Shown: in pieces, positions 1 to 12,581 of the stretch | How positions within the stretch are numbered: position 1 is the first letter of the stretch | How the letters are laid out: the number at the start of each line of letters is the position of its first letter | Origin: Eledone cirrhosa | Lineage: Eukaryota | Assembly (NCBI GenBank): GCA_964016885.1 | Contig: OZ024759.1 | Coordinates: 5,022,001 to 5,086,000 of the forward strand | Direction of reading: 5' to 3' | Length of the DNA stretch: 64,000 nt | Notes under the pieces: generated by a model | What the model saw: only the letters and a program-made list of their open reading frames with translations | Database searches by the model: none | Told to the model about the DNA's origin: nothing | Program-made: the position numbers and the translations under genes

Positions 1-690
1 GTTGGATGTGTAATAGTAATATGCGTGAACAGCAAAGCATATATGAACTAAGTGAGAAATTAGGAATAAGAGGGATCAGATGCTGTTTACTTGAGAGAAG
101 ACTACGTTGGTATGGCCACGTGATGCTCATGAAAGACGTCAGTTGTATAAAAAAGTGCAGGGCGATCAAAATTGATGGTAGTTACGGAGTAGGTAAACCC
201 AGAAAAACCTGGGATGATCTGATAAATTCCGACCTTACACACTTACATCTCTCTAAGTCAATGTCTCTGGGCCGAGATCTTTGGTGCTATGCAGTAATAC
301 AGAAGACCCGCCTTGCCTATGCACAAAGCGAAACCTACAGTCAGTAGGCACCTCTTAACCAAATATACACCCCAATCTACTACCCCTACCCTATCCTCCC
401 ACTCCCACCAACAGCATGAGAAAATGAAATCGATTTTGTGTAGGTGTCACGGAAAAAAAAACACACAGTCCACGCTGTAATGTGGTCGTGTAGGTGACAC
501 GGTAAAAAGTTCCCAGTTCCACACTGTAAATGTGGTTGGTGTTAGGAAGGGCATCCAGCCGTAGAAAAAGTTAGTTCTATATGAGTGAGACACGGTCACC
601 CGACCAGCCTTGCCTCAACTCCCGTCTAACCCATGCTAGCGTGGAAAATGGACGTTAAACGAAGATGATGATGATGATGATGATGATGAT
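1..690 (+). mobile_element. RTE-clade LINE 3' end (family A): ORF C-terminus, 3' UTR and (GAT)n tail
   Basis: ORF 6-347 reads RRLRWYGHVM...GKPRKTWDD; the 3' UTR matches the copy at 44400-44705; (gat)n tail at about 663-690. Confidence 0.85.
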
Positions 691-1160
691 ATATATAGGA
701 AAATGTATGACCCCGACGGTAGAGCTCAAGCCGTTTCGACGGCTATTTCTGGACTAAATTAGAATTTGTAGCCTGGTAAATAAATAGCCGAACTTTTCAA
801 GGGGTACTTCCTTATATGGGAAGATTGTAGCTGTCAAGAGGATTGGTCAAAAATTCCTGGTAAACACAATTAAGTCTATCATGGCAGTGGGTGGGAGGTG
901 GGGATGGCTGAACTTGCCTGTAGAGCAATGAGGGAGTGGGTGGAGCCGGTCAAGCGTTGAAAGTGAAATCTAAACAGCAAATTCTAAGGATTGTGTATGA
1001 AAGTAGGCCAACTTTCATACTTTCCGCCATGGCGATTGGACTGCATACCCTGCTTTCCAGGTTACCCTTTGCCACTGATATATATATATTTATATATTGA
1101 GTACTCTGGTGCATTATGGTCCTTCTGGTTCCTTACCACACCTCCTTTGTTATATATATA

Positions 1161-1562
1161 TATAACGGCGGCGAAGATTGGAAACCGAATCTGAGCTTTC
1201 CCACCTCTGGGACAAGCCGTGGTAAGTTGTTTACGCTCAAGAGACTAACCCCTGGGGGATGTTAAACACAGGTCAGAGGTGTTTAAGCCTGACAGAAAAT
1301 AGGTCAGAGGATATATCCATCTTTCTGAGTTGTTTACGCTTGGCAAAATAATCCCTTGGGAGACTCTAACCAAAGTTCAGAGGATATATCTATCCTTCTA
1401 ACTTCAACTCTTATAAATACAGGGGTTGTTTACGCCCCGACAGAAAAGAAGTGATATACAGACAACACAAGTGGCCTTTACAAGCTCTCGTCACGAAATA
1501 CCAGTCCGTCACTAATTTCCACTCCTGCCTGGCTGATCGATACAACCACATATTCCGTTACA
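1161..1562 (+). repeat. 5' LTR (lacks about 300 bp that is present in the 3' LTR)
   Basis: Starts tataacgg (expected tgtaacgg, the inverse of the ccgttaca end); 1227-1539 aligns with 4753-5062, then jumps to tacaaccaca...ccgttaca. Confidence 0.8.
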
Positions 1563-1564
1563 AC

Positions 1565-1575
1565 TGGTGACCCCG
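1565..1575 (+). promoter_or_regulatory. Primer-binding site complementary to the tRNA-Trp 3' end
   Basis: TGGTGACCCCG lies 2 nt after the LTR-terminal CA; it is the reverse complement of eukaryotic tRNA-Trp ...CGGGGTCACCA. Confidence 0.8.
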
Positions 1576-1614
1576 TAAAACAGACACACAACTTCTGATC
1601 ATCCACTACAAACG

Positions 1615-1740
1615 ATGTCTCTAGCACACGACGATTCATCTACAGCAGAAATGGCAGTGAGGGCGGCATTTACATTAAGAATTCCACCATTCTGGGTGCA
1701 CGATCTAACACTGTGGTTCGCGCACATCGAAGCGCAGTTC
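1615..1740 (+). pseudogene. gag: Gypsy gag N-terminal remnant
   Basis: ATG at 1615 reads MSLAHDD...[22 protein letters not shown] (typical PFW...WF...EAQF motif), then joins RT sequence out of frame. Confidence 0.8.
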
Positions 1741-1742
1741 GC

Positions 1743-4362
1743 ATAATAACACACGGCCCACCTGTTGCTGCACGACCTAGAAGGCTACCACCAGACCGGC
1801 TGAAGTCCGTCAAACAAGAATTTCAGCACATGCTGGATATCGGCATCATACGTCCGTCCAGCAGCAACTGGTCCTCACCCATACACTGTGTACCCAAGAA
1901 GTCGTCAAACGACTGGCGAATCTGTGGCGACTACCGTGCACTGAACAACTGCACCGTTCCTAACTCTTATCCAGTGCCTCATCTACAGGACTTCTCTAGC
2001 TCGCTGCACGGGGCTCGCATATTTTCGAAGATCGATCTTGTGCGAGCTTACAATCAGATACCTGTTGAGCCCGCAGATATTCCAAAGACCGCCGTCACAA
2101 CACCCTTTGGAATGTTCGAATTTCTGCATATGCCTTTCGGTTTGCGAAATGCAGCGCAAACATTCCAGCGATTCATCGATACAGTCACCAGGGGTTTACC
2201 TTTTGTATACGCATACATTGACGACTTACTGGTGGCCAGCAGCTCCCACGAAGGACATGAGAAACACCTGGATCTCCTATTCACACGTTTGCGTGAATAT
2301 GGAATTGTTATCAACCCCAGCAAATGTGAGTTCGGAGTTGCGTCCCTTCATTTTCTGGGACACATCATTGACAAAGATGGTATTCGCCCACTTAAGGAGA
2401 AAGTCAAATCCATCATTGATTTTCCACAACCTATATCTCTCCGCAAACTGCGAGAATTTCTTGGCCTGGTAAACTTCTACGGAAGATTTATACCCCACTG
2501 TGCAGAGACAGCCCAACCACTCACAGATTTGCTGCGGCAGCGTACAACCAAAAACGCAAACATCAAGCTCAGTGAAAAAGAATATACCGCTTTCGCTGAG
2601 TTGAAGAAAATGTTGTCCGAGGCTACAATGCTGAGTTACCCCAAACCTGACGCCCCAATGTGTTTATTGACTGATGCATCCGATTTCGGAGGTGGAGGTG
2701 TGCTTCAACAACTCTCTGGCGATATTTGGCGACCTGTATCTTTTTTCTCTAAGCGATTAAAACCCGCTGAAACTAAGTACAGCACATTCAGTCATGAATT
2801 ATTGGCAGCATACCTTGCTGTCAAGCATTTTCGACACATGCTAGAAGGTCGTGTGTTCTCTATATACACCGACCACAAACCACTAGTGTACGCGTTCAAT
2901 GCCAAGCCTGACCGACACTCACCCAGGGAGGTCCGACATCTGGACTTCATTTCTCAGTACACTACTGATATTCGGTACATTAAGGGTGCCACCAACTCAG
3001 CAGCTTATGCCCTATCGCGCATGGAGCTTAAGGCAATCCACACCACTGCCACTATCGACCTCCAGAAGATTCCAGCGGATCAACAGAATGACGAGGAACT
3101 GCTGCAACTCCGGAAATCATCCTTGAAATTGAAGGAATGCCCGCTGCCCTCTTCTTCGGGTTATATTTGGTCTGACATCTCCACAGGCCGCGAGCGCCCA
3201 TACGTGCCCCGGAAACATCGACGCGACGTTTTCTCGGCACTGCATTCTCTGGCACATCCTGGCGTCCGCGCCACGCAGAAACTGATGGTTGCCCGCTTTG
3301 TGTGGCCCAACATCAACAAGGACACCCGTGAATGGGCTAGGAACTGAATCGTGTGCAAGAAGACGAAAATTCACCGGCACATCAAAGCCCCGATCGGTTC
3401 TTTCGCAACACCTGATGCACGGTTCCAACATGTGCATATAGACATAGTTGGACCTTTGCGTCCTTCTCAAAACTACACTCAACTTCTCACCTGTGTCGAC
3501 CGATTTTCTCGCTGGCCAGAAGCTTTTCCCCTGACGGATATTACTGCGGAAACTGTCGCCAAAACGCTAGTGTTTCACTGGGTTTCGTGTTTCGGCACAC
3601 CCGCGACCATCACTACGGATAGAGGACGTCAGTTCGATTCGAACCTATTTACCGAGCTGACTCGTCTCCTCGGGTGCAAACGCATCCGTACAACAGCGTA
3701 TCACTCTGCCGCTAACGGCATGGTAGAACGCTTACACCGCCAGCTAAAATCATCTATCAAGGCTTACGAAGACTCCACTAACTGGTTCGACTACCTCCCA
3801 CTCATTCTTCTTGGTATTCGTTCCACTGTTAAAGAGGGAGTCGGACATTCTCCGGCTGAAATGGTGTATGGCACCGTACTCACTCTACCCGGACAAATGA
3901 TCACTCCTGTTTCGCCACAAGAACTTCCAGACCCTACAAAATATGTGCACCGTTTACGGTCATCAATGTCGCATCTGTCTCCTTCAGCCCCTAAACAACA
4001 GCACGTTACTTCACACATACCAAAAAGCATCGATACATGGACGCATGTTTTCGTTAGAAATGACGGTATTCCATCGCAACTTCGTCCGCCGTATTCCGTC
4101 CGGGCCCTACAAGGTGATACAGAAATGCTCTAAGTATTTCGTCTTCGACTTGAACGGGAAGCGAAATACCGTCTCCATTGATCGTTTAAAAAAAGCGTTC
4201 ATACAACAGGAATTGCCACCAGTACCCACCGTTTCTCCAGCAGACTCACCAACAACTTTGCCCGACACAAACACGGAAAATTCTGCACAACCCCGACACA
4301 CCAAATCCGGAAGAACAGTCCGATGGCCCACGCCATGGGATACGTACAAGTTTATCGGGTAA
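1743..4362 (+). pseudogene. pol: Gypsy pol remnant (RT, RNase H, integrase) with a premature stop and a frameshift
   Basis: [69 protein letters not shown]; TGA at 3345-3347 inside the HHCC finger; frameshift near 4098 before GPYKV. Confidence 0.93.
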
Positions 4363-4752
4363 GTACAAATTATGCATCTGGTCGACATTTTGGCTAATTT
4401 GTACATTTCAACGAATCGGCCAATTTCTGTGGTCATGAACTATTGCTACACACAAATCAATTAACTCTGTGCATCACCCACATCAAAAGAACAGACAAAA
4501 GAACATTTTCCCGTTTCTATGAAATGAACGAACTTTTAATCAACAAACTTTTCGTACGAACATTTTCAATATTATGTAACATCACAGTACATTTTCCTGC
4601 ATGTAAATTTCTTTTGGTTTGCATGTTTTCTTTCATGTCTCCTGTTTGTAAATGACTTTCATGTGTTTTTTTATTTTTACTGATTTTCTTCAACAACACA
4701 CCTAGTCATACCTATCTTCATTTCACATGCACCTAGATCGTTCAATCTTAAC

Positions 4753-5395
4753 TTGTTTACGCTCAAGAGACTAACCCCTTGGGAGAGGCTAAACGCAGGT
4801 CAGAGGTGTTTATGCCTGACAGAAAATAGGTCAGAGGATATATCCATCTTTATGACTTGTTTACGCTTGGCAAACTAATCCCTTGGGAGACTAACCAAAG
4901 TTTAGAGGATATATCTATCCTTCTAAATTCTACTCTTATAAATACAGGGATTGTTTACGCCAAAAACAGAAAAGAAGTGGGCTACAGACAAGACAAGACG
5001 TTTTACAAGCTCTCGTCACGAAAAAACAGTCTACCACTTATTCTCACCTTCCTGGCTGATCGCTGACTCCTGCAATACAAATAAGTAAATATACTGATAC
5101 GCCGCACACACACATTCATAGTGAGTCCAGCATTTGTACACGTATCATTCATTTCTGTTTACACGTATTATAATCGTATTCTGTGATATTTGAATTTACG
5201 TGGCTTGAAGAGCCACCAAATTATTGTATGAATATTTTGTGTCAATTATTTTATCATTCAATATTCAAATTGAATATTGTTGTAATAAAATAAACTTTGT
5301 AACAACACTCCTGGTATTTTTCTTTACACCGAAACCACCATACCAACAGTTACATCCATCGTTGTCGTTACAACCACACATAATATTCCGTTACA
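4753..5395 (+). repeat. 3' LTR (5' end and polypurine tract missing)
   Basis: Homologous to the 5' LTR from ttgtttacgctcaagagac; ends ccgttaca at 5395; no PPT visible upstream. Confidence 0.85.
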
Positions 5396-5536
5396 CCTCC
5401 GTCTATATTTCAACCACTGGAACAACCTCACACAAGAAACAGTTGTCGCACCTTCAGTCAACATTTTAATGTCAAACATCGAAATAAATGTTATGAGTGT
5501 ATATAGATAGATGTATATTGTGTGTGTGTATATATA

Positions 5537-5780
5537 CAGTAATCCCCCGCTATATCGCGGTTCACTTTTCACGGTCCCGTTACATAGCGGATATTTCTTT
5601 GGAACGTATCTAATTTCCTATCGCGGTAATCCTCGCCACATCGCGGATTATTCGTTAGAACATATCTATTTTCTTATCGCGGTACGTCTGAGTAAAAAGT
5701 GTTTAAAATTTAAACTTATTAAATAAGTTTCGATGTTATTAAAGAGTATATCGTAAGGAAGGGACATCTTAAGGCTTTAA
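5537..5780 (+). mobile_element. pogo/Tigger-like DNA transposon end
   Basis: TA followed by CAGTAATCCCCCGCTATATCGCGG with repeated TATCGCGG subterminal motifs; the other end was not found. Confidence 0.55.
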
Positions 5781-5894
5781 TTATGAACAAATGTTTATAT
5801 TTTCATTCCATTATTGTTTTACTGATTGTGTTTTGCTCTAATCTACTATAAACCCTTCATAGATTGGTCTCTCTGTAACATGGTTGTTTCTGGA

Positions 5895-6088
5895 ACGTAT
5901 CATGGCTTAGTGGTTAAAGCATTGGGCTTGCAATCTAAAGGTTGTGAGTTCGATTCTCGGACAGGGTGTTGTGTTGTGTCCTTGAGCAAGACACTTTATT
6001 TCGCGTTACTCCAGTTTACTCAGCTGTAGAAATGAGTTGTGATGTCACTGGTGCCAAGCTATATCAGTCATAACCTTTCTCTTGGACA
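5895..6088 (+). mobile_element. tRNA-derived SINE with a CORE-like body (family 1)
   Basis: A box tggcttagtgg, B box gttcgattc, then gtccttgagcaagacacttt. Confidence 0.8.
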
Positions 6089-6132
6089 TATATATAGTGT
6101 ATATATACTGTACACAGTGTATATATATGTAT

Positions 6133-7760
6133 ATCATCATCACTGTTTTACGTCCCTTCTTCCATGGTAGTATGGGTTAGACAGGTTGTCCTGTTGTGGG
6201 CAGTGCCAGGTAGGGTGACCTTGTCTTGCTCAGATGGGAACCGATTTAGGCTTGATTTCTACAGCTGGATGCCCTTCCTAACACCAACCTCACAGTGAGT
6301 GATGGGTGCTTTTTTGTTGTGACACCTCCACGGCCACTTTACAGTGAGTGGGCTGGGGCATATTGTCTATCTGCTTCAGCTTGTACCCAGGGGCTACAAC
6401 ACAACCTCCTCTGCTGCACACAGCATTTGATTCCTCTTATGTTCAGTCTCTCTCTCAATTTGTTAATGCTTTACCATTCGCGTATATTACTATTACACGT
6501 CCATCGGAGCATGCAAGCTTCGTTTCTTTCTAATCTACGCAAGTCTTCTACAGACAGTGCCCAGGTCTCACTACCATGTAGCATTGCTGTTCGTATGCAC
6601 GCATCATACTGTCTGCCTTTCATTTTGAGGGAAAAGCCTTTTGCAGCTAGCAATGGCAGTAGCTCCCTAAACTTCTTCAATCCTGTTACTGTACTTTCAG
6701 AACACCCACCTCCGCTGCTCATTTCGTCACCTAGGTGGCAAAAGCAGTCTACTGTTTCTACAGATCTCTCCCAGAGTTTGGTGGTGCTTGTTTCTTTAGT
6801 TCTGCCATAGATTCAGCTATAAGTGTAAGATCATCCGCATATAGGAGTTCCTATGGGCATCAGGTCGTAAACTCCTCTGTTATAGCCTGCATTACTATTA
6901 TAAACAGAAGAAGGTTAAGAACAGAGCCCTGGTGGACACCGACCTGTATGCTAAATTCCCCGCTATAGTCATTGTTAACTCTTTGCTGACTGCTCCCCTA
7001 TACATGGCTTGTACAGCTTTCACAAGCCACTAATCTACTCTTAGTTTTCTAAGAGCCCACCAGATTATAGCACGGAGCACTCTGTTGAAGAACTTTTCCT
7101 TATCGACAAGAGCCAGGTAGAGCGGCTTGCTTTTAGCTAGGTACTTTACCTGTAACTGCCTCACAAGGAAGAGAGCATCAGTGGTGCTTTTTCCTGGCAC
7201 AAGCCCAAACTGCATCTCACCTAGTTTTACCCACTCCCTGATCAACTGTGCTATGACTCTTTCGATTACTTTCATGACCTGGTCCATCAGCTTCATACCT
7301 CTATAGTTTATTCTATCTAGTGCATCTACTTTACCCTTGTAGCAGTTGACGATGATGTGCTGCACCAATCATTTGGTATGACACCCTCCAGTATTACCTG
7401 GTTAACAATATGTGTGGTTATTCCTTTATCTACCCATTTGTCAGCTAATAGTATACCTACACCACCCATCCCATTGTCATTTCCCACCCAGAAAAATTTA
7501 TAGCACTAACTTTTGCCTACAAGGACTCTAGCGAACTCTCCTCTCCACCTAGTCTCTTGCACACAGCATACGTCAATATCCTTTCACTCTAGCATGTCTA
7601 TAATTTCTCCTTCCCTTCCTTTCATTGTGCTTATGTTGATGCTGCCGACTCAGAGTTTTGGACATTTGCCATCATTTGTGGGAAAAGGTGAATTTTTGCA
7701 GGGGAGTGTGTATGCTTCCTGTCTCTGAATTAAAGCTTTGCATGGGTGCTTGGTAACTCG
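6133..7760 (-). mobile_element. RTE LINE family A, degraded copy with internal deletions
   Basis: Minus-strand fragments NYRGMKLMDQVMKV...MQFG, YADDL region and GSETWAL align with the 42325-44399 copy; 3' UTR and (cat)n at 6133. Confidence 0.85.
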
Positions 7761-7846
7761 CGGATTCATATTCATTTATTTATTCGGGTTGTTCCATTTA
7801 TCCTTCGCTTCTCCATACATAACAGTAATCAAGTATACTTTGGTGC

Positions 7847-8340
7847 AGGGCTAGAAGGACAGTAGTAGTAATGACAGAGTTTGTTGGGGTTGGTAACGGC
7901 TAGAAGGACAGTAGTAGAAATGGCAGAGTTTGTTGGGGCTGGTAAGGGCTAGAAGGAGAGTAGTAGTAATGGCAGTGTTTGTTGGGGCTGGTAAGGGGTA
8001 GAAGGACAGTAGTAGTAATGACAGAGTTTGTTGGGGCTGGTAAGGGCTAGAAGGACAGTAGTAGTAATGGCAGTGTTTGTTGGGGCTGGTAAGGGCTAGA
8101 AGGACAGTAGTAGTAATGGCAGAGTTTGTTGGGGCTGGTAATGGCTAGAAGGACAGTAGTAGTAATGGCAGAGTTTGTTGGGGCTGGTAAGGGCTAGAAG
8201 GACAGTAGTAATAATGGCAGAGTTTGTTGGGGCTGGTAAGGGCTAGAAGGACAGTAGTAATAATGGCAGAGTTTGTTGGGGCTGGTAACGGCTAGAAGGA
8301 CAGTAGTAGTAATGGCAAAGTTTGTTGGGGCTGGTAATGG
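7847..8340. repeat. Minisatellite, 49-bp unit, about 10 copies
   Basis: Unit agggctagaaggacagtagtagtaatggcagagtttgttggggctggta. Confidence 0.9.
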
Positions 8341-8752
8341 GTAAGGACATGTTGCTGAGGTTTGATTGGTCAAATAGCCAATGGTGGTGAGTGGGAAATT
8401 GTGAGATAGGTAGCCATCATGACATATATCATCACAGGAGATTCGGGGGAAATAAGCAGATATAAGTAGGCATATTAGAAAAGGCAGATATGCAAGAATT
8501 TCGAAGATTGTCACCTAGCTTTGAAAGAAAGGAGAGGTAATTGCAGGGGTTAGGGATGAGTTTGTAGAGAAAGACACAATGTCCAACATAGTTTATATCA
8601 AAACAAGGTCGAAGTATATACATTGTGGAAACAAGTGAATGATAATAATAATAATAATGTAAACAGAACATTTTGAAATTGGGGAAGAGAGATAGCTGTA
8701 GAATAGAAATAATCTATGGAAGTCTGGGATATAAGTTATATATATATATGTT

Positions 8753-9100
8753 GTGATGTCACTTGTGCCAAGCTGTATCAGCCATTGCCTTTCCCTTGGA
8801 CAACATATATAGCGTATAATATATATTGTACACATCGTATATATACTATATATATTGTGTATATATACTGTAGACAGTGTATATATGATATATATATAGT
8901 ATATATATATGTAGTGATGTAACTGGTACCAAGCTGTATCAGCTATTACCTTTCCCTTGGACAACATCGGTGGCGTGGAGAGGGTAGACTGGTATACTTG
9001 GGTGACTGCTGGTCTTCCTCAAACAACTGGACTTGTGCCTCAGAAGGGAACTTTCTAGTTGCAAATCACATGGTCATTCTTGACCGACAGAGGTCTTCGA
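8753..9100 (+). mobile_element. SINE family 1 body and tail fragments (duplicated)
   Basis: gtgccaagctgtatcagcc...ttcccttggaca occurs twice and matches the 3' part of the 5895-6088 SINE. Confidence 0.55.
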
Positions 9101-9237
9101 TATGTTAGGTGTGTATATATAGATGTGTATTGATGTCCATGTGGGAGTCATTGATACCAATGCTAGGGATGGCTGGTCTTCTATATTACTGTATAACACC
9201 AAAGATCTCGATCCTGTGTCATTGTCTTAGAGAAGTG

Positions 9238-11802
9238 CAATTGTGTGAGGTCAGCTGTTATCACCTCATCCCAGGTCTTCCTACTTCATATCTTCCATCA
9301 ATTGTGTGAGGTCAGCTTTTATCACCTCATCCCAGGTCTTCCTACTTCATAGCTTCCATCAATTGTGTCAGCTCAGCTATTATCACCTCATCCCAGGTCT
9401 TCCTACTCCATAGCTTCCATCAATTGTGTCAGGTCAGCTGTTATCACCTCATCCCAGGTCTTCCTACTTCATAGCTTCCATCAATTGTGTGAGGTCAGCT
9501 ATTATCACCTCATCCCAGGTCTTCCTACTCTATAGCTTCCATCAATTGTGTCAGGTCAGCTTTTATCACCTCATCCTAGGTCTTCCTACTTCATAGCTTC
9601 CATCAATTGTGTGAGGTCAGCTTTTATCACCTCATCCCAGGTCTTCCTACTTCATAGCTTCCATCAATTGTGTCAGGTCAGCTGTTATCAACCCATCCCA
9701 GGTCTTCCTTCTCTATAGCTTCCATCAATTGTGTCAGGTCAGCTTTTATCACCTCATCCCAGGTCTTCCTACTTCATAGCTTCCATCAATTGTGTTAGGT
9801 TAGCTTTTATCACCTCATCCCAAGTCTTCCTTCTCTATAGCTTCCATCAATTGTGTCAGGTCAGCTTTTATCACCTCATCCTAGGTCTTCCTACTTCATA
9901 GCTTCCATCAATTGTGTCAGGTCAGCTTTTATCACCTCATCCCAGGTCTTCCTACTTCATAGCTTCCATCAATTGTGTGAAGTCAGCTTTTATCACCTCA
10001 GACTAGGTATTTTTACTCCATAGCTTCCATCAGTTGTGTGAGGTCAGCTTTTATCACCTCATCCCAGGTCTTCCTACTCCATAACTTCCATCAATTGTGT
10101 GAGGTCAGCTTTTATCACCTCAAACTAGGTCTTCCTACTTCATAGCTTCCATCAATTGTGTAAGGTCAGCTTTTATCACCTCATCCCAGGTCTTCCTACT
10201 CCATAGCTTCAATCAATTGTGTCAGGTCAGCTTTTATCACCTCATCCCAGGTCTTCCTACTTCATAGCTTCCATCAATTGTGTCAGGTCAGCTTTTATCA
10301 CCTCATCCCAGGTCTTCCTACTCTATAGCTTCCATCAATTGTGTAAAGTCAGCTTTTATCACCTCATCCCAGGTCTTCCTACTTCATAGCTTCCATCAAT
10401 TGTGTGAAGTCAGCTTTTATCACCTCAGACTAGGTCTTCGTACTCTATAGCTTCCATCAATTGTGTCAGGTCAGCTTTTATCACCTCAAACTAGGTCTTC
10501 CTACTCCATAGCTTCCATCAATTGTGTGAGGTCAGCTTTTATCACCTCAAACCAGGTCTTTTTACTCCATAGGTTCCATCAATTGTGTAAGGTCAGCTTT
10601 TATCACCTCATCCCAGGTCTTCCTACTTCATAGCTTCCATCAATTGTGTCAGGTCAGCTGTTATCAACCCATCCCAGGTCTTCCTTCTCTATAGCTTCCA
10701 TCAATTGTGTCAGGTCAGCTTTTATCACCTCATCCCAGGTCTTCCTACTTCATAGCTTCCATCAATTGTGTTAGGTTAGCTTTTATCACCTCATCCCAAG
10801 TCTTCCTTCTCTATAGCTTCCATCAATTGTGTCAGGTCAGCTTTTATCACCTCATCCTAGGTCTTCCTACTTCATAGCTTCCATCAATTGTGTCAGGTCA
10901 GCTTTTATCACCTCATCCCAGGTCTTCCTACTTCATAGCTTCCATCAATTGTGTAAGGTCAGCTTTTATCACCTCCTCCCAGGTCTTCCTACTTCATAGC
11001 TTCCATCAATTGTGTGAAGTCAGCTTTTATCACCTCAGACTAGGTATTTTTACTCCATAGCTTCCATCAGTTGTGTGAGGTCAGCTTTTATCACCTCATC
11101 CCAGGTCTTCCTACTCCATAACTTCCATCAATTGTGTGAGGTCAGCTTTTATCACCTCAAACTAGGTCTTCCTACTTCATAGCTTCCATCAATTGTGTAA
11201 GGTCAGCTTTTATCACCTCATCCCAGGTCTTCCTACTCCATAGCTTCAATCAATTGTGTCAGGTCAGCTTTTATCACCTCATCCCAGGTCTTCCTACTTC
11301 ATAGCTTCCATCAATTGTGTCAGGTCAGCTTTTATCACCTCATCCCAGGTCTTCCTACTCTATAGCTTCCATCAATTGTGTAAAGTCAGCTTTTATCACC
11401 TCATCCCAGGTCTTCCTACTTCATAGCTTCCATCAATTGTGTGAAGTCAGCTTTTATCACCTCAGACTAGGTCTTCGTACTCTATAGCTTCCATCAATTG
11501 TGTCAGGTCAGCTTTTATCACCTCAAACTAGGTCTTCCTACTCCATAGCTTCCATCAATTGTGTGAGGTCAGCTTTTATCACCTCAAACCAGGTCTTTTT
11601 ACTCCATAGGTTCCATCAATTGTGTAAGGTCAGCTTTTATCACCTCATCCCAAGTCTTCCTACTTCATTGCTTCCATCAATTGTGTCAGGTCAGCTTTTA
11701 TCACCTCATCCCAGGTCTTCCTACTTCATAGCTTCCATCAATTGTGTCAGGTCAGCTATTATCACCTCATCCCAGGTCTTCCTACTTCATAGCTTCCATC
11801 AA
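9238..11802. repeat. Tandem array, 61-bp unit x about 42, derived from the RTE ORF 3' end (minus strand)
   Basis: Reverse complement gatggaagctatgaagtaggaagacctgggatgaggtgataaaagctgacctgacacaatt matches LINE 44241-44311; the LINE continues as single-copy sequence at 9140-9237. Confidence 0.92.
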
Positions 11803-11901
11803 ATTTATAAAATGCTTGAAAACAACTTAGAAAAAATGTTACTCAAAATCAAAATTTAATCCCAAAGAGAGGAAATTGGAACATTATCCACTGAAAGTTG
11901 C

Positions 11902-12378
11902 TTAACCCTTTAGTGTCCAAACCAGCCAAAACTGGCCAGAATTCTCTACCTCTTTCTGTTGAAACTGGCTGTAACTGGTCGCTCAGACTGATGTTAAGGT
12001 ATTGTTCTCAAAATAAATACTTTCAAAATCTGATAGATTCAATATTATGTGAGATAAAGCCTTTACCATGAAAATATAATAGTATATATAAAATAATGTG
12101 AATGCTAAAGGGTTAACCCTTTAACATTTAAACCGGCAATAACTGGCCAGAGTTCTGTCCTCTTTTTCTTTTTAAACCACTCGTAACTGGCCACTCATAC
12201 TGATGTTAAAGTATTGTTCTCAATATAAATAATATCAGATTCGATATTATGTGAGGTAAAGACTTTGCCATGGAAATATAATAGTATATATAGAGTAATG
12301 TAAATGTTATGTGAGATAAAGACATTACCATGGAAATATAATAGTATATATAGAATAATGTAAATGTTAAAGGCTTAA
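11902..12378. mobile_element. Two adjacent piggyBac-like MITEs sharing a TTAA
   Basis: TTAA-CCCTTTAG...CTAAAGGG-TTAA-CCCTTTAAC...; same family at 42027, 42197-44908, 50207-50435 and 60820-61048. Confidence 0.75.
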
Positions 12379-12581
12379 ACCCTGAAGAAAGGACTTTTAG
12401 GTCCCGAAATATTGGACAGATAAAAGAACAACAACAAAAAAACAAAACAAAGATTACCAGGTAACTTTTACTTTTCCTTACCTCATCTTATTGTCCATTT
12501 TGCATTGTTTAGCCTTCTATCTCTTTCAACGTTATATTTTATATAGAATGCTTCAAACAAACTACAACATTTAATTATATA

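Larger units (their letters stand above)
1161..5395 (+). mobile_element. Gypsy (Metaviridae) LTR retrotransposon, internally deleted and defective
   Basis: Two LTR copies both ending CCGTTACA (1562 and 5395), PBS, gag remnant, and RT-RNaseH-integrase domain order; candidate TSD cctcc (1141-1145 and 5396-5400, imperfectly placed on the left). Confidence 0.93.

Noticed and set aside
708-718. tgaccccgacg matching the tRNA-Trp 3' complement
   Set aside because: It lacks the TGG start and an adjacent LTR end, so it is probably chance
9238-11802. CRISPR-like regular repeats (also 56081-59410 and 61360-62965)
   Set aside because: Units are contiguous with no unique spacers, there are no cas genes, and the context is eukaryotic with traceable TE origin
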